Notes: generated from the sequence alone by a model not told the origin. 64,000 nucleotides of DNA from an uncultured Enterobacteriaceae bacterium (GCA_964612335.1 CAZTDU010000007.1:20800-84799); one strand, 5' to 3'; counted from the stretch's first letter, positions 1 to 10,252 are shown. Made by a program: numbers and translations.

Positions 1-189
1 GGCTCGGGCAAGGTGCTGCTGCCGGTGCTTGCCGGCACCGCGCGGCTCGCGGTGGTGGTGGCGGGAGGCGTGCTGGCGGTGCAGGTGTTCGCGTCGCTCG
101 CGTCGCTGTTCGCCGCGATCGCGTTCGGCATGCTGCTCCTGGGCGCGATCACCGCATGGTCGGTGCACCGCACGCGCTGGGGAAGCTAG
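1..189 (+). CDS. 3' end of a membrane protein gene (partial, start lies outside the window)
   Basis: Frame 1 is open from the window edge to TAG 187-189 with GC3-rich codons. The tail ...VLLPVLAGTARLAVVVAGGVLAVQVFASLASLFAAIAFGMLLLGAITAW reads as two hydrophobic helices. It is absent from the ORF track because no start lies in the window. Confidence 0.4.
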   Translation, partial: GSGKVLLPVLAGTARLAVVVAGGVLAVQVFASLASLFAAIAFGMLLLGAITAWSVHRTRWGS

Positions 190-196
190 GAAACCG

Positions 197-988
197 CTAG
201 CCGAGGAATTCGATCAGCGCGTCCAGCGTGTCGTCGGGCGCCTCGGCCATCAGCGAGTGTCCCGAGCTGCCGATCTGCACGGTGCGCGAGCCACGTATCG
301 CGCGGGCCAGTTCCGCCGCGGCCTTCGGCGGCGTCATGACGTCGCGGCGGCCGAGCACGAAGAGCGCGGGGCATTGCACCTTCGCCGCCGCGTCCATGCC
401 GCCGGCGTACGCGTTGCAGGCATTGAGGTCCTTGTACAGCACGCCGGGCGCGAGGCGCGCGAGGCGCGCCAGCGTGTCGCCATACATCCACATCCCCGGG
501 TTGGGGTTTCCCGCCAGCGGCACCTGCGCTGCGTGGCCCCAGATCGTCTCCATGTCGAAGGCGGCGTGATCGTTGCGCTTCGCCGCGTCGAGGAACGCCG
601 CGCCAACCTTCATCGGGTAGGCGGTGCCGATCAGCGCGATGCGCTCGACGCGCTCGGCATGGCTCGCGGCGCTTTGCAGGGCCACCAGCGAGCCCATCGA
701 ATGGCCGACGATCGCGGCTCTTTCGATGCCCGCCGCATCGAGCAGGCGCGCCAGCCAGTCGGCCATCGCCTCGATGCTGGCAATCGGCGGGCCTTCCGAG
801 CGGCCGTGCCCGGGCAGGTCCACCGCAAGCACGTTCCGGCCGTGATAGCCGAAGTAGCGGCTCTGCAGCCCCCACCAGCTGTGGTCCAGGCCTGCGCCAT
901 GCACGAACACGACCGTGCGCTTCGCCGCGTCGATCGCGTGCGCTGCCGTGTACGCGAACGCCTGCCTGCCGTCGACCTGGATGTCCAC
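197..988 (-). CDS. alpha/beta-fold hydrolase
   Basis: This is the last 263 aa of ORF 197..1600. Motifs: VVFVHGAGLDHSWWG, DLPGHGRS, nucleophile elbow GHSMGS. The start is set at GTG 986-988 (TAGTG overlap with the metY stop) because the upstream part of that ORF is metY read in another frame. Confidence 0.8.
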   Translation of the reverse strand: MDIQVDGRQAFAYTAAHAIDAAKRTVVFVHGAGLDHSWWGLQSRYFGYHGRNVLAVDLPGHGRSEGPPIASIEAMADWLARLLDAAGIERAAIVGHSMGSLVALQSAASHAERVERIALIGTAYPMKVGAAFLDAAKRNDHAAFDMETIWGHAAQVPLAGNPNPGMWMYGDTLARLARLAPGVLYKDLNACNAYAGGMDAAAKVQCPALFVLGRRDVMTPPKAAAELARAIRGSRTVQIGSSGHSLMAEAPDDTLDALIEFLG

Positions 989-2289
989 TACTTCGACGCC
1001 CGCTCGGCGGCCTTCAACGCACGATCGAGATCCTCGACCAGATCGTCGGCATCTTCCAGCCCTATCGACAGGCGCACCGTTCCTGCGGTGATGCCTGCAC
1101 GCTTCAGGTCCTCGTCGGACATGCGGTAGTGCGTTGTGCTGGCGGGGTGGATCACCAGCGACTTGGCGTCCCCCACGTTCGCCAGGTGCGAGAAGATGCG
1201 CAGCGCTTCGATGAATGCGCGGCCCGCCGGCCTGCCGCCCTTCATGCTGAACGAGAACACCGCGCCCGCGCCCCTGGGCAGCAGCTTCTGCGCCAGCGCA
1301 TGGTCCGGGTGCGAAGGCAGTTCCGGGTAGCCGACCGACTCGACCATCGCGTGTTCGGAGAGGAACTTCACCACGCGCCGCGTGCTCTCGACGTGGCGCG
1401 GCATGCGCAGGTGCAGCGTCTCCACGCCCTGCAGTATCTGGAACGCGGTCATCGGCGCCATGCAGGCGCCGAAATCGCGCAGCCCCTCGCGCCGCGCGCG
1501 CAGGAGGAACGCACGCGTGCCGGATTCTTCCTCGAAGTCCATGTTGTGGAAGCCCGAGTACGGCGCGGTGAGCTGCGGGAATTTTCCGCTCTTCTCCCAA
1601 TCGAAGCGCCCCGAGTCGACGAGCACGCCGCCGATGGCGGTGCCATGCCCGCCGAGGAACTTGGTCGCCGAGTGGTACAGCAGGTCGGCGCCGAATTCGA
1701 ACGGCTTCATCAGGTACGGCGTGGTGAAGGTCGAATCCACCAGCAGCGGCACGCCCGCCTCGTGCGCGATCGCCGACACCGTGAGGATGTCCAGCACGTC
1801 CAGTCCCGGGTTGCCCAGCGTTTCGCCGAAGAAGAGCCGCGTGTTCGGCCGCACCGATTTGCGCCAGGCATCGATGTCGCCGGGCCGGATGAACGTGGTT
1901 TCGATGCCGAAGCGCGCCAGCGTGTAACCCAGCAGGTTGTGCGAGCCGCCGTAGAGCGAGTTGGAAGCGACGATGTGCTGCCCCGCGTCGAGGATCGTCG
2001 CCACCGCCAGGTGCAGCGCAGCCTGTCCCGATGAAACCGCAATCGCACCCGCGCCGCCTTCCAGCGCGGCGATGCGCTCCTCCAGCACCGCGACGGTCGG
2101 ATTCGAGATGCGGGAATAGACATGGCCCGCGCGCTCCATGTTGAAGAGCGACGCGGCGTGCTCCGAGCTGCGGAACACGTACGACGTGGTCTGGTAGATG
2201 GGTACCGCGCGGCTGCCGAAAGTCGCATCCGGCGACTGGCCCGCGTGCAGGGCCAGCGTGTCGAATCCAGGATACTTCGGGCCGGCCAA
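988..2289 (-). CDS. metY: O-acetylhomoserine sulfhydrylase (Cys/Met-metabolism PLP enzyme)
   Basis: 433-aa ORF with a TTG start. Motifs: NPTVAVLEERIAALEGG, SSGQAAL, HSATKFLGGHG (PLP-lysine region). Confidence 0.9.
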   Translation of the reverse strand: MAGPKYPGFDTLALHAGQSPDATFGSRAVPIYQTTSYVFRSSEHAASLFNMERAGHVYSRISNPTVAVLEERIAALEGGAGAIAVSSGQAALHLAVATILDAGQHIVASNSLYGGSHNLLGYTLARFGIETTFIRPGDIDAWRKSVRPNTRLFFGETLGNPGLDVLDILTVSAIAHEAGVPLLVDSTFTTPYLMKPFEFGADLLYHSATKFLGGHGTAIGGVLVDSGRFDWEKSGKFPQLTAPYSGFHNMDFEEESGTRAFLLRARREGLRDFGACMAPMTAFQILQGVETLHLRMPRHVESTRRVVKFLSEHAMVESVGYPELPSHPDHALAQKLLPRGAGAVFSFSMKGGRPAGRAFIEALRIFSHLANVGDAKSLVIHPASTTHYRMSDEDLKRAGITAGTVRLSIGLEDADDLVEDLDRALKAAERASK

Positions 2290-2359
2290 GGTTGCGCCTG
2301 TTTTTTACGTTAGCGGTGCCGCGCGGCAGGAACTGTCGCGCTGCAGCGCGTCGTGGTTC

Positions 2360-2914
2360 CTAATGCAGGTTCTTGCGCGCCGGGCGCGTATAGGTCTCGA
2401 ACGCGCGCTCGGGCTTCTTCGGCTGCGCAGCCTTTTCCTTCCAGTCGCGGTCGAACATGTCGTTCACCAGCGCCATGACCTCGGCGGTCTTCGACTTGTC
2501 GAACTGGCGCTCGAGCAGCGCGCCGACGTCCTCGATCATGCAGCGGCGCTGCGCCTCGTGGATCGCCTGCGGCGTCGGACCGACGAAGAGCAGCCGCTGC
2601 TCCTGCTCGCCGTTGGGGTGGTACAGCGTGACCTCGATCTCCACCGCCTCGTAGCACAGCGGGCCGAGGTTCTCGAGCGCCTGGTCCAGCGCCGCATGGA
2701 AGCTGCGGCCCACCTCGCCGGTCCAGCACAGGAACAGCAGCAGTTCCTTGTCGTCGAACTTGATGCCGGGCTCGTCCGGCTCCAGGCTCTTCACGTCGGC
2801 GAGGTCGTCCGCGTCCAGGTATTCGAGCCAGGGCGCGAGCGCCATCGCGATCTGCTTCTTCGAAACGCCCTCGAGGACGGGGATATCGGCGTGAACGTGG
2901 ACTTCCATCCGCAT
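2360..2914 (-). CDS. hypothetical acidic protein
   Basis: ORF 2360..2947 has natural-looking composition but no family was recognised. The start is taken at ATG 2912-2914, which is preceded by GAAGGA. The start is uncertain. Confidence 0.5.
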   Translation of the reverse strand: MRMEVHVHADIPVLEGVSKKQIAMALAPWLEYLDADDLADVKSLEPDEPGIKFDDKELLLFLCWTGEVGRSFHAALDQALENLGPLCYEAVEIEVTLYHPNGEQEQRLLFVGPTPQAIHEAQRRCMIEDVGALLERQFDKSKTAEVMALVNDMFDRDWKEKAAQPKKPERAFETYTRPARKNLH

Positions 2915-2979
2915 GGCGGATCCTTCAGGGCGGGGGAGAGCGCGCATTTTATCACGCAGCCCTGCCTTAGAATCCGGCC

Positions 2980-4137
2980 ATGCTGCGGCCGGATTACGCT
3001 GGGGGCGGCTTCCTCAACCTCATCGCCACGCTCGCCGCGGCGCGAGGCGGCGAGCCGCGGCACGCCACGCTCGCGGCGCTGCCGCCGCAGCGGTTTGCGA
3101 GTGCGCAGAACGTCGTCTTCCTCATCATCGACGGCCTGGGCGACGACATGCTGCAGCGCTACGGCGTCGGCGGCGCGCTGCTCGGCGCGCGCGAGGCGGC
3201 GATCAGCGCGGTATTCCCCTCCACCACGGCGTGCGCGATCACCACCTCGTACACCGGACTGTCGCCGCTGGAGCACGGGCTCACCGGGTGGTTCACATAC
3301 TTCGGCGAGGCCGCATGCGTGGGCGCGCCGCTGCCCTTCCAGTCGCGCGGCAGCGGCATCGGGCTCGCCGCGCGTGGTCTGGCGCCGTCGCGCCTGTTCC
3401 ACTGGCGCTCGTTCCTCGACGGGCTGGATGCGAAGACCTTCGTCGTGTCGTGGGACAAGATCATGGACTCCGACTACAACCGGCATCACTGCGGCGGCGC
3501 CGGACGCCGCGCCTACGCCACGCTCGAAGGCCTGGTGGACGGCATCGAGGCAGCGGTGAAGTCAGGGCCGGAGCGCAAGTTCGTCTACGCGTACTGGTGG
3601 CAGTTCGACGCCATCGCGCACCAGTATGGCGCCGGCTCGGCGGAGGCGAGATCGCACTTCGGCAAGGTCGACGCTGCGTTCGGCGAACTGCTCGCGCGGC
3701 TCGCCGGAACCGACACCATGCTGGTGGCGAGCGCGGACCATGGCTTCTGCGACAGCACGGCGGAGGAATCCCTGTCGCTCGCCGATGCGCCGGGGCTGGA
3801 ATCACTGCTGAGGTTTCCGCTGTGCGGCGAGCCGCGCATGGCCTGGTGCCATGTGCAGGAAGGGCGCGTGCGGGAGTTCATCGCGCGCGCCGGCGCATGG
3901 CTGGGCGAGCGCGCGCAGGTGCGCGCCAGCCATGAGTTGCTGGACGAAGGCTGGCTCGGACCGGGCACGCCACACCCGCGCATCCGCGAGCGCATCGGCG
4001 ACGTGGCGATCCTGATGCGTGGGCGAAACACCCTCAAGGACCGGGTTGCGGGCGAGCGCAAAGTCCTACACATTGGCAACCACGGCGGCGCAAGCGCCGG
4101 GGAAATGCGCATCCCACTCATAGCGAGGCACCTGTGA
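2980..4137 (+). CDS. alkaline phosphatase / nucleotide pyrophosphatase superfamily protein
   Basis: 385-aa ORF. Motifs: VVFLIIDGLGDD, SAVFPSTTACAITTSYTG, LVASADHGF (metal-ligand and nucleophile pattern of the superfamily). Confidence 0.7.
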   Translation: MLRPDYAGGGFLNLIATLAAARGGEPRHATLAALPPQRFASAQNVVFLIIDGLGDDMLQRYGVGGALLGAREAAISAVFPSTTACAITTSYTGLSPLEHGLTGWFTYFGEAACVGAPLPFQSRGSGIGLAARGLAPSRLFHWRSFLDGLDAKTFVVSWDKIMDSDYNRHHCGGAGRRAYATLEGLVDGIEAAVKSGPERKFVYAYWWQFDAIAHQYGAGSAEARSHFGKVDAAFGELLARLAGTDTMLVASADHGFCDSTAEESLSLADAPGLESLLRFPLCGEPRMAWCHVQEGRVREFIARAGAWLGERAQVRASHELLDEGWLGPGTPHPRIRERIGDVAILMRGRNTLKDRVAGERKVLHIGNHGGASAGEMRIPLIARHL

Positions 4138-4922
4138 AAACCAGCGTCAACGGCATCGGCATCAACTACGAGATCCACGGCAGCGAAGGCAAGCCCTGGC
4201 TGGTACTCAGCCATTCGCTCGGCTGCAGCATACGCATGTGGGACGAGCAGATCGCGGCATTCCAGGACCGCTACCGCATCCTCGCGTTCGATACCCGCGG
4301 CCACGGCGCGAGCGACGCTCCGCCCGGCCCGTACACGCTGGAGATGCTCGCCGACGACGCCAAGGGCGTGATGGACGCCGTCGGCGTAAAGCGCTGCCAC
4401 TGGGCCGGACTGTCGATGGGCGGCATGATCGGCCAGACCTTCGCGCTGAAGTACCCGGGCGTGTTCCAGACCCTGACGCTCGCCGATACCACCAGCCGCT
4501 ACCCGGCGGAAGGGCGGGCGATGTGGGCAGATCGCATCAGGACGGTAGAGACGCAGGGCATGCAGGCGCTGGTCGAGCCGACGCTCGCGCGCTGGTTCAC
4601 CGAGCCCTATCGCAAGGCGGGCGGCAAGCGCCTCGCGGAGATCGCGGACCAGATCCGCGCCACGCCCGTGCAGGGCTACGTCGGCTGCTGCCACGCCATC
4701 CCGCAGATCGACCTCACCGCACGCCTGAAGGAGATCAAGTGCCCGATCCTGGTGATCGTCGGCGAGGAGGACATGGCGACGCCGGTGGCGATGGCGAAGG
4801 AGATCCACGACAACGCCCCCGGCTCAAAGCTCGTCATCCTGCCCCGCGCGGCGCACATCGCCAACGTGGAGCAGGCCGCGGGCTTCAACCAGGCGCTGGA
4901 AAGAATCCTCAGCGCGAGCTGA
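4134..4922 (+). CDS. alpha/beta hydrolase, 3-oxoadipate enol-lactonase-like
   Basis: 262-aa ORF whose GTG start overlaps the upstream stop (GTGA). Motifs: FDTRGHGASD, nucleophile elbow GLSMGGMIG, C-terminal PRAAHIANVE. Confidence 0.8.
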   Translation: MKTSVNGIGINYEIHGSEGKPWLVLSHSLGCSIRMWDEQIAAFQDRYRILAFDTRGHGASDAPPGPYTLEMLADDAKGVMDAVGVKRCHWAGLSMGGMIGQTFALKYPGVFQTLTLADTTSRYPAEGRAMWADRIRTVETQGMQALVEPTLARWFTEPYRKAGGKRLAEIADQIRATPVQGYVGCCHAIPQIDLTARLKEIKCPILVIVGEEDMATPVAMAKEIHDNAPGSKLVILPRAAHIANVEQAAGFNQALERILSAS

Positions 4923-5997
4923 TCCCCGCCACCGCGCGGTCGATGAACTCGCGCGACTGCGCGAGCACCGCGTCGCGCCAGGCCGGGTCGGCGGGGTAGA
5001 ACGCCTCGTCGTGCACGGCGCGCACCGCGCGCGCAAGGTCCGGTGACTTCGGCCCTTCGTAGCGCAACCAGCGTCCGGCCATCAGCGCGCGCTGCATCTC
5101 CTGGCGCGGCCGCGTGCCGAACTCGACCACCACCGCGGTAGTGTCCGCCTGCGGCAGCGCGGCGCAGAAGGCGTTCACCAGCAGCCCCTGGTACGACGCC
5201 ACGGCCTTGTGCGTGACGCCCTCGCGGTTCACCGCGCGATCGCCCCACCAGGCGCGCGCGCGCTCGTAGCCGGGCGATCCCGCGGCATGGAAGCACAGGT
5301 AGATGTGCCCGAGGTACGGCCCGATGCCGGTGTGCAGGTCGATGATCGCGGCCTGCTTCGCGTGCCCGACGTGCGTGCCGAGCGCCTCGAGGAATGTCGC
5401 CGCGGACCATTGCCTGCGCTCGCCGCCGAACACCAGCCCGTCGGGGTGCGTGTACTGGCCGCCGTTGAACGCGTCCGAAAATCCCTGCTCGCCGACCCGC
5501 GCGCGATATTCGTCCAGCCGCCTGAAGATGCCGGCGAGGGTCTGCTCGTCGAACGTCGATGGCGTCAGCACCGGATGCAGCTCGGCATAGCCCGGGTTCG
5601 CCGGGCGCGGCCGGGAGAAGTCGACGAAGTTGCGGTTCAGGTCGACGTTCTCCTCGGTGCAGCGCGAGCGGTGCGCGAAGCCCCAGGGATTGTGGCCGTG
5701 GAAGAACACCACCGCGGTGCCGGCCGGAATGCGCCCGGCACCGCCGCCGCGCATCCACGCGGTCTGCGCCCCGGATCCTGAGTAGCCCTCGATGCCGTGC
5801 GTGCCGCAGCCGGCCACCAGCACCCGCGGCGCGTCGGCCTGGCCGAGCACCGCGACGTCGAAATACAGTTCCTCGCCGGCCGGCCCCTGCCCCGGGTGCC
5901 GGTAGTGCGCGAGCGCGGCGCCGCAGCCGCGCGCCGCGGCGAGGAACTTCTCGCGCGCGTCGGCGTAGGTCTCGGAGAATGCGGAAACGTCGTTCAT
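4909..5997 (-). CDS. DUF2817 / M14 carboxypeptidase-like protein
   Basis: 362-aa ORF. Motifs: CGTHGIEGYSGSG, FFHGHNPWGFAH, EENVDLNRNF. Confidence 0.65.
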   Translation of the reverse strand: MNDVSAFSETYADAREKFLAAARGCGAALAHYRHPGQGPAGEELYFDVAVLGQADAPRVLVAGCGTHGIEGYSGSGAQTAWMRGGGAGRIPAGTAVVFFHGHNPWGFAHRSRCTEENVDLNRNFVDFSRPRPANPGYAELHPVLTPSTFDEQTLAGIFRRLDEYRARVGEQGFSDAFNGGQYTHPDGLVFGGERRQWSAATFLEALGTHVGHAKQAAIIDLHTGIGPYLGHIYLCFHAAGSPGYERARAWWGDRAVNREGVTHKAVASYQGLLVNAFCAALPQADTTAVVVEFGTRPRQEMQRALMAGRWLRYEGPKSPDLARAVRAVHDEAFYPADPAWRDAVLAQSREFIDRAVAGISSR

Positions 5998-6606
5998 CTA
6001 GTCGTCCTTGGATACGGGCTTGTTCATGCCGCGCCAGCGCGCGAGCACAGGGGAATGGATGCCGAAAAGGTCCAGCACGCGGAACACCGTGTGATCGACG
6101 ATGTCCGCGACCGTCTTCGGCTTGGAATAGAACGCCGGCACCGGCGGCACGACGATGCCGCCCATCTCGGCGACCGCCACCATGTTCCTCAGGTGCGCGA
6201 GGTTGAACGGCGCCTCGCGCGGCAGGATCACCAGGCGGCGCCGCTCCTTCAGCACCACATCGGCCGCGCGCGACACCAGGTCGTCGGCGTGCGCGTGCGC
6301 CACCGCCGCCAGCGTTTTCATCGAGCAGGGCGCGATCACCATGCCTTCGGTGAGGAACGAGCCGCTGGCGATCGCCGCGCCGATGTCTTTCGGGTGGTAG
6401 TGCACCTTCGCCAGCGCCTCGATGTCGCGGCGCTTCAGGCCGAGTTCCTGGTGCGCGTTCAGCACGCCGGCGTCGGTCAGCACCAGGTGCGCCTCCCAGC
6501 CGCGCTGCGCGGCGAGCGCCTCCAGCAGCCGCACGCCGTACACCGCGCCGGTCGCACCCGAGATGCCGACGATCAGGCGCCTGTTTTTTGAAACGCTCCG
6601 CCTCAC
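5998..6606 (-). CDS. ubiX: flavin prenyltransferase UbiX
   Basis: 202-aa ORF. Motifs: RLIVGISGATGAVYG, APCSMKTLAAVA, LKERRRLVILPREAP. Confidence 0.9.
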   Translation of the reverse strand: MRRSVSKNRRLIVGISGATGAVYGVRLLEALAAQRGWEAHLVLTDAGVLNAHQELGLKRRDIEALAKVHYHPKDIGAAIASGSFLTEGMVIAPCSMKTLAAVAHAHADDLVSRAADVVLKERRRLVILPREAPFNLAHLRNMVAVAEMGGIVVPPVPAFYSKPKTVADIVDHTVFRVLDLFGIHSPVLARWRGMNKPVSKDD

Positions 6607-6656
6607 GCGGGCAAGCGTACACCAGCCGCCGCGCGTTTTGCGCTACGCTTCGGCCC

Positions 6657-8159
6657 GTGTTCACGAACCTCGGCGACTATCACGACCCGGCGCACGATGA
6701 CCGCCTCGCGGTGATCGACTGCCTGGACTGGAACAATCCCCGCGAGTACACGCACGGCGACGTGGACCGCATGGCACGCGCGGTCGCGCGCGGCCTGCTG
6801 TCACGCGGCCTGAAGCGCGGCGACGCGGTCGCAATCCTGTCGGCGAATCGCACCGAATTCCTCGCCGCCTACTTCGGCATCATGCGCGCCGGCATGGTGG
6901 CGGTGCCGGTGAACCACAAGTTCCCGCGCGACACCATCCGCTTCGTGCTCGAGGATTCCGCCACGCGGCTCGCCATCTGCGACCACGAGCGGCGCGCGCT
7001 GCTGCCCGAGGGATTCGCCGCGGTAGAGTTCGGTGCCGAGTGGGACGCCTTCCTCGACCCGGGCGAGTTCAGTACCGTGCAGCCGGCGCCGGGCGAGACG
7101 GCGATGATCCTCTATACCTCGGGCTCGACCGGCAGGCCCAAGGGCGTGCCGCTGTCGCACCAGGGGCACCTGTGGGCGGTCGAGACGCGTCTGCGCGGCG
7201 GCCAGAGCTTCGTCGACGAGCGCCTGATCGTCGCCGCGCCGCTGTTCCACATGAACGCGCTGGGCACCTCGAAGTTCATCTTCGCCGCGCACGCCTCGAT
7301 GGTGCTGCTGCCGCAGTTCGACGCGAAGCGCTACATCGAGGCGATCGGCCGCTGGGGGGTTACCTGGCTGACGTCGGTACCGACGATGCTGGCGATGGTG
7401 GTGCGCGAGAAGGAGACGCTGGCGAAGACCGACTTGTCGCGCGTGCATTTCGTGCGCATGGGCTCGGCGCCCTCCAGCAGGAAGCTGATCGAGGACATCC
7501 GCGCGTGGTTCCCGCACGCGGTGGTGTCGAACGCCTACGGCACCACCGAAGCCGGCCCGGTGGTGTTCGGCCCGCACCCGGACGGCCGTGCCAAGGACGA
7601 CCTCGCGCTGGGCTGGCCGCTGCCCGGCGTCGACGTGAAGCTCGTCGGCCCTGACGGCCGCGAGGCGGACGAAGGCGTGCTGTGGCAGCGCACGCCGGCC
7701 AACATGAAGGGCTACCTGAACCTGCCCGAGAAGACGCGCGAAGTACTGACGCCCGACGGCTGGTACATCTCCGGCGACGTCTTCCGCCGCGACGCGAGTG
7801 GCGCCTACACTTTCATCGGCCGCGACGACGACATGTTCAACTGCGGCGGCGAGAACATCTACCCGGGCGACGTCGAGCAGATGCTGGAGAAGCACCCCGA
7901 CATCGTGCAGGCCTGCGTGGTGCCGGTGCCCGACGAGCTGAAGGGAGAAAAGCCGGTCGCCTTCATCGTGCTGCGCGCCGGCTCGAGGCTGACCGAGGAT
8001 GAGGTCAAGCAGTACGCGCTAGCCCACGCCCCCGCCTACCAGCACCCGCGGCGCGTCACCTTCATGAAGGAACTGCCCCTCGCCGGCACCAACAAGGTCG
8101 ATCGCAAGGCGCTGGGCAGGCTGGCGCGGGAGCAGGCCGAGCTGCCGGTCCAGGCGTAG
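6657..8159 (+). CDS. AMP-dependent acyl-CoA synthetase/ligase
   Basis: ORF 6588..8159. Motifs: YTSGSTGRPKGV, YGTTEAGP, GDVFRRDASGAYTFIGRDDDMF. The in-frame GTG 6657 is preferred over ATG 6588, which would overlap the divergent ubiX start. The start is uncertain. Confidence 0.8.
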   Translation: MFTNLGDYHDPAHDDRLAVIDCLDWNNPREYTHGDVDRMARAVARGLLSRGLKRGDAVAILSANRTEFLAAYFGIMRAGMVAVPVNHKFPRDTIRFVLEDSATRLAICDHERRALLPEGFAAVEFGAEWDAFLDPGEFSTVQPAPGETAMILYTSGSTGRPKGVPLSHQGHLWAVETRLRGGQSFVDERLIVAAPLFHMNALGTSKFIFAAHASMVLLPQFDAKRYIEAIGRWGVTWLTSVPTMLAMVVREKETLAKTDLSRVHFVRMGSAPSSRKLIEDIRAWFPHAVVSNAYGTTEAGPVVFGPHPDGRAKDDLALGWPLPGVDVKLVGPDGREADEGVLWQRTPANMKGYLNLPEKTREVLTPDGWYISGDVFRRDASGAYTFIGRDDDMFNCGGENIYPGDVEQMLEKHPDIVQACVVPVPDELKGEKPVAFIVLRAGSRLTEDEVKQYALAHAPAYQHPRRVTFMKELPLAGTNKVDRKALGRLAREQAELPVQA

Positions 8160-8163
8160 AGCG

Positions 8164-8622
8164 TCAGGCGTAATCGAGCGGCAGCGCGGTGGTGTACTTC
8201 ATCTGCTCCATCGCGAACGACGAGCTGACGTCCATCAGGTCGGCCACGCGTATCAGCTTCTTGTAGACCGCGTCGTAGCTGGCGATGTCCGGCACCACGA
8301 CGCGCAAGAGGTAATCCACCTCTCCGCTCATGCGGTAGATCTCGACCACCTCGGGGATCTCCTTCACGCCGGCGGCGAAGCGCTCCAGCCAGGCCTGGCT
8401 GTGCTGGCTGGTGCGCACCGACACGAACACCGTGACGCCGACGTTCAGCGCCTTCGGGTCGCACAGGGCGACGTTGCGGCGGATCACCCCGGCGGCGCGC
8501 AGTTTCTGCATGCGCCGCCAGCAAGGCGTGTGCGACAGGTGCACCTCTGCGGCGATCGCCGCCAGCGGCGTGTCCGCGTCCTCCTGCAGCATGGCCAGGA
8601 TCTTCCGGTCTATGGCATCCAT
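8164..8622 (-). CDS. Lrp/AsnC family transcriptional regulator
   Basis: ORF 8164..8658, started at ATG 8620-8622 (MDAIDRKILAMLQEDADTPLAAIAAEV...). It shows an N-terminal HTH plus a C-terminal AsnC-type ligand domain pattern. Confidence 0.9.
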   Translation of the reverse strand: MDAIDRKILAMLQEDADTPLAAIAAEVHLSHTPCWRRMQKLRAAGVIRRNVALCDPKALNVGVTVFVSVRTSQHSQAWLERFAAGVKEIPEVVEIYRMSGEVDYLLRVVVPDIASYDAVYKKLIRVADLMDVSSSFAMEQMKYTTALPLDYA

Positions 8623-8732
8623 GCAATACTGTACTACGAATTCGTATTTCCATAGCATTTGCTGCTACAAATGGCGGTTCCTGAAGCAGCATTCGCGAAC
8701 CATTTGCGCGCCCCGCTTCCTAGAATGCCTGC
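8623..8732. promoter_or_regulatory. divergent promoter/operator region between lrp-like gene and aminotransferase-ald operon
   Basis: Local low-GC patch. It contains a perfect palindrome TACGAATTCGTA at 8635-8646, CATTTG-N6-CAAATG at 8656-8673, and a third CATTTGC at 8702-8708. Confidence 0.4.
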
Positions 8733-10244
8733 ATGGCAATCGCACACATCGACCAGCACCGCACCCAGGCCCCGGCCGGCCGCGCGGCCCCGCTGGAGAG
8801 GCTGCGCCGCGAGGTGATCGGCCTGGATACGCAGTACCCGGTGGCCGACGGCGGCACCCGGCGCCGCACGTACCTCGACAGCGCGGCGAGCACGCTGCGG
8901 CTCGCGGTCGTGCAGCAGGCGCTCGAGCGCTACATGCCCCACTACGCCAACACGCACAGCACGCTGCACTACGCCGCGCGCCTTTCGACCACCGAGTACG
9001 CATGGGCGCACCGCATGGTGCTGGAATTCACCGGCGCGGATCCGGCGCGCTGGATGTGCTTCTTCACCGGCAGCGGCACCACCGCCGGCATGAACCGCGT
9101 TGCGCGCACGCTGCGCCACGCGCGGCCGGCGCGCGACATGGTGGTCACGTCGATCATGGAGCACCACTCCAACGACCTGCCGCACCGCAAGCACTTCGCC
9201 GAGGTCATCCACGTGCCCTCGGTCGTCGCGGCGAACTCGCTGGGCGGCGTCGACATGGCGAAGATGCGCGAGGCGTTCGCGACGCACGGCGCGCGCATCA
9301 ACTACGTCGCCATCACCGGCGTGTCCAACGTCACCGGCATCCTGAACCCGATCCACGAGATCGCCGAGCTGGCGCATCGCCACGGCGCGCTCGTCGTCGT
9401 CGACGCGGCGCAGATGGCCGCGCACGTGCCGATCCGCATGAGCGGCAACCCGGATCCGGCGCAGGACCTGGACGTGGTGGTCTTCTCCGGCCATAAGGTC
9501 TACGCGCCCGGCTCGCCCGGCGTGGTGGTGGCCCGCAGCGAACTCTTCGCTCCGGTCGAGCCGGAGGAGGTGGGCGGCGGCATGGTCGACACGGTATGGC
9601 TCGATCGCTATACCGTGTCGCAGAACTTCCCCGACCGCGAGGAAGCCGGCACGCCGAACATCCCGGGCGCCATCGCCCTGGGGGCGGCCCTGTACGCGCT
9701 GCACAGCGTCGGCATGGCGGCGATCGCCGAGGACGAGCACCGCCTGATGGCCTACGCGCTGAAGGAGATCGCCACCGTGCCCGGCATCACGGTGTATGGC
9801 GCGAGCGATGCCGCGAGCGCAGCGCGCCGCACCGGCGCGATCACCTTCAACCTCGAAGGCTGCGACCACGCATTCACCGCGGCGGTGCTGAACGACTACT
9901 ACAACATCGCGGTGCGCAACGAGTGCTTCTGCGCGCACCCGTACGTGCGGGAAATGGTCATGGCGAGCCTTGACGAGGCCGCCGACCGGCTCTCGAACGC
10001 GGAACTCGAGCGCCTCGCCGACGAGCGCCGCGGCATGGTGCGCGCGAGCTTCGGCATCTACAACACCGAGGCCGACGTCGACGCGCTCATCACGGCGCTG
10101 CGCGCGATCGTCTCCCGGCGCGACGAGCTGCTCCCGCTGTACGAGCGCCTGGAGAACGGCGACTACCGCCACTGCAGCTTCCGCTTCGACGTCGCCGGAA
10201 CCTATTCGACGCGCGCGGTGGTCGACGCGTTCCTCGCCGGCTGA
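8733..10244 (+). CDS. class V aminotransferase-fold PLP enzyme (cysteine desulfurase-like)
   Basis: 503-aa ORF. Motifs: FTGSGTTAG, SIMEHHSNDLP, VVVDAAQMAAH, FSGHKVYAPGSPG (PLP-Lys). Confidence 0.8.
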   Translation: MAIAHIDQHRTQAPAGRAAPLERLRREVIGLDTQYPVADGGTRRRTYLDSAASTLRLAVVQQALERYMPHYANTHSTLHYAARLSTTEYAWAHRMVLEFTGADPARWMCFFTGSGTTAGMNRVARTLRHARPARDMVVTSIMEHHSNDLPHRKHFAEVIHVPSVVAANSLGGVDMAKMREAFATHGARINYVAITGVSNVTGILNPIHEIAELAHRHGALVVVDAAQMAAHVPIRMSGNPDPAQDLDVVVFSGHKVYAPGSPGVVVARSELFAPVEPEEVGGGMVDTVWLDRYTVSQNFPDREEAGTPNIPGAIALGAALYALHSVGMAAIAEDEHRLMAYALKEIATVPGITVYGASDAASAARRTGAITFNLEGCDHAFTAAVLNDYYNIAVRNECFCAHPYVREMVMASLDEAADRLSNAELERLADERRGMVRASFGIYNTEADVDALITALRAIVSRRDELLPLYERLENGDYRHCSFRFDVAGTYSTRAVVDAFLAG

Positions 10245-10252
10245 GGCGCCGC

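Noticed and set aside
2290-2359. A possible SAM-type riboswitch or leader upstream of metY. GC-rich palindromes CGCGCTGCAGCGCG and GCCGCGCGGC are followed by an A-run.
   Set aside because: The region is only ~70 nt long and also has to serve as the terminator region of the upstream gene. I cannot match it to any riboswitch consensus by eye. A covariance-model scan (Rfam SAM-II/SAM-V etc.) would be needed.
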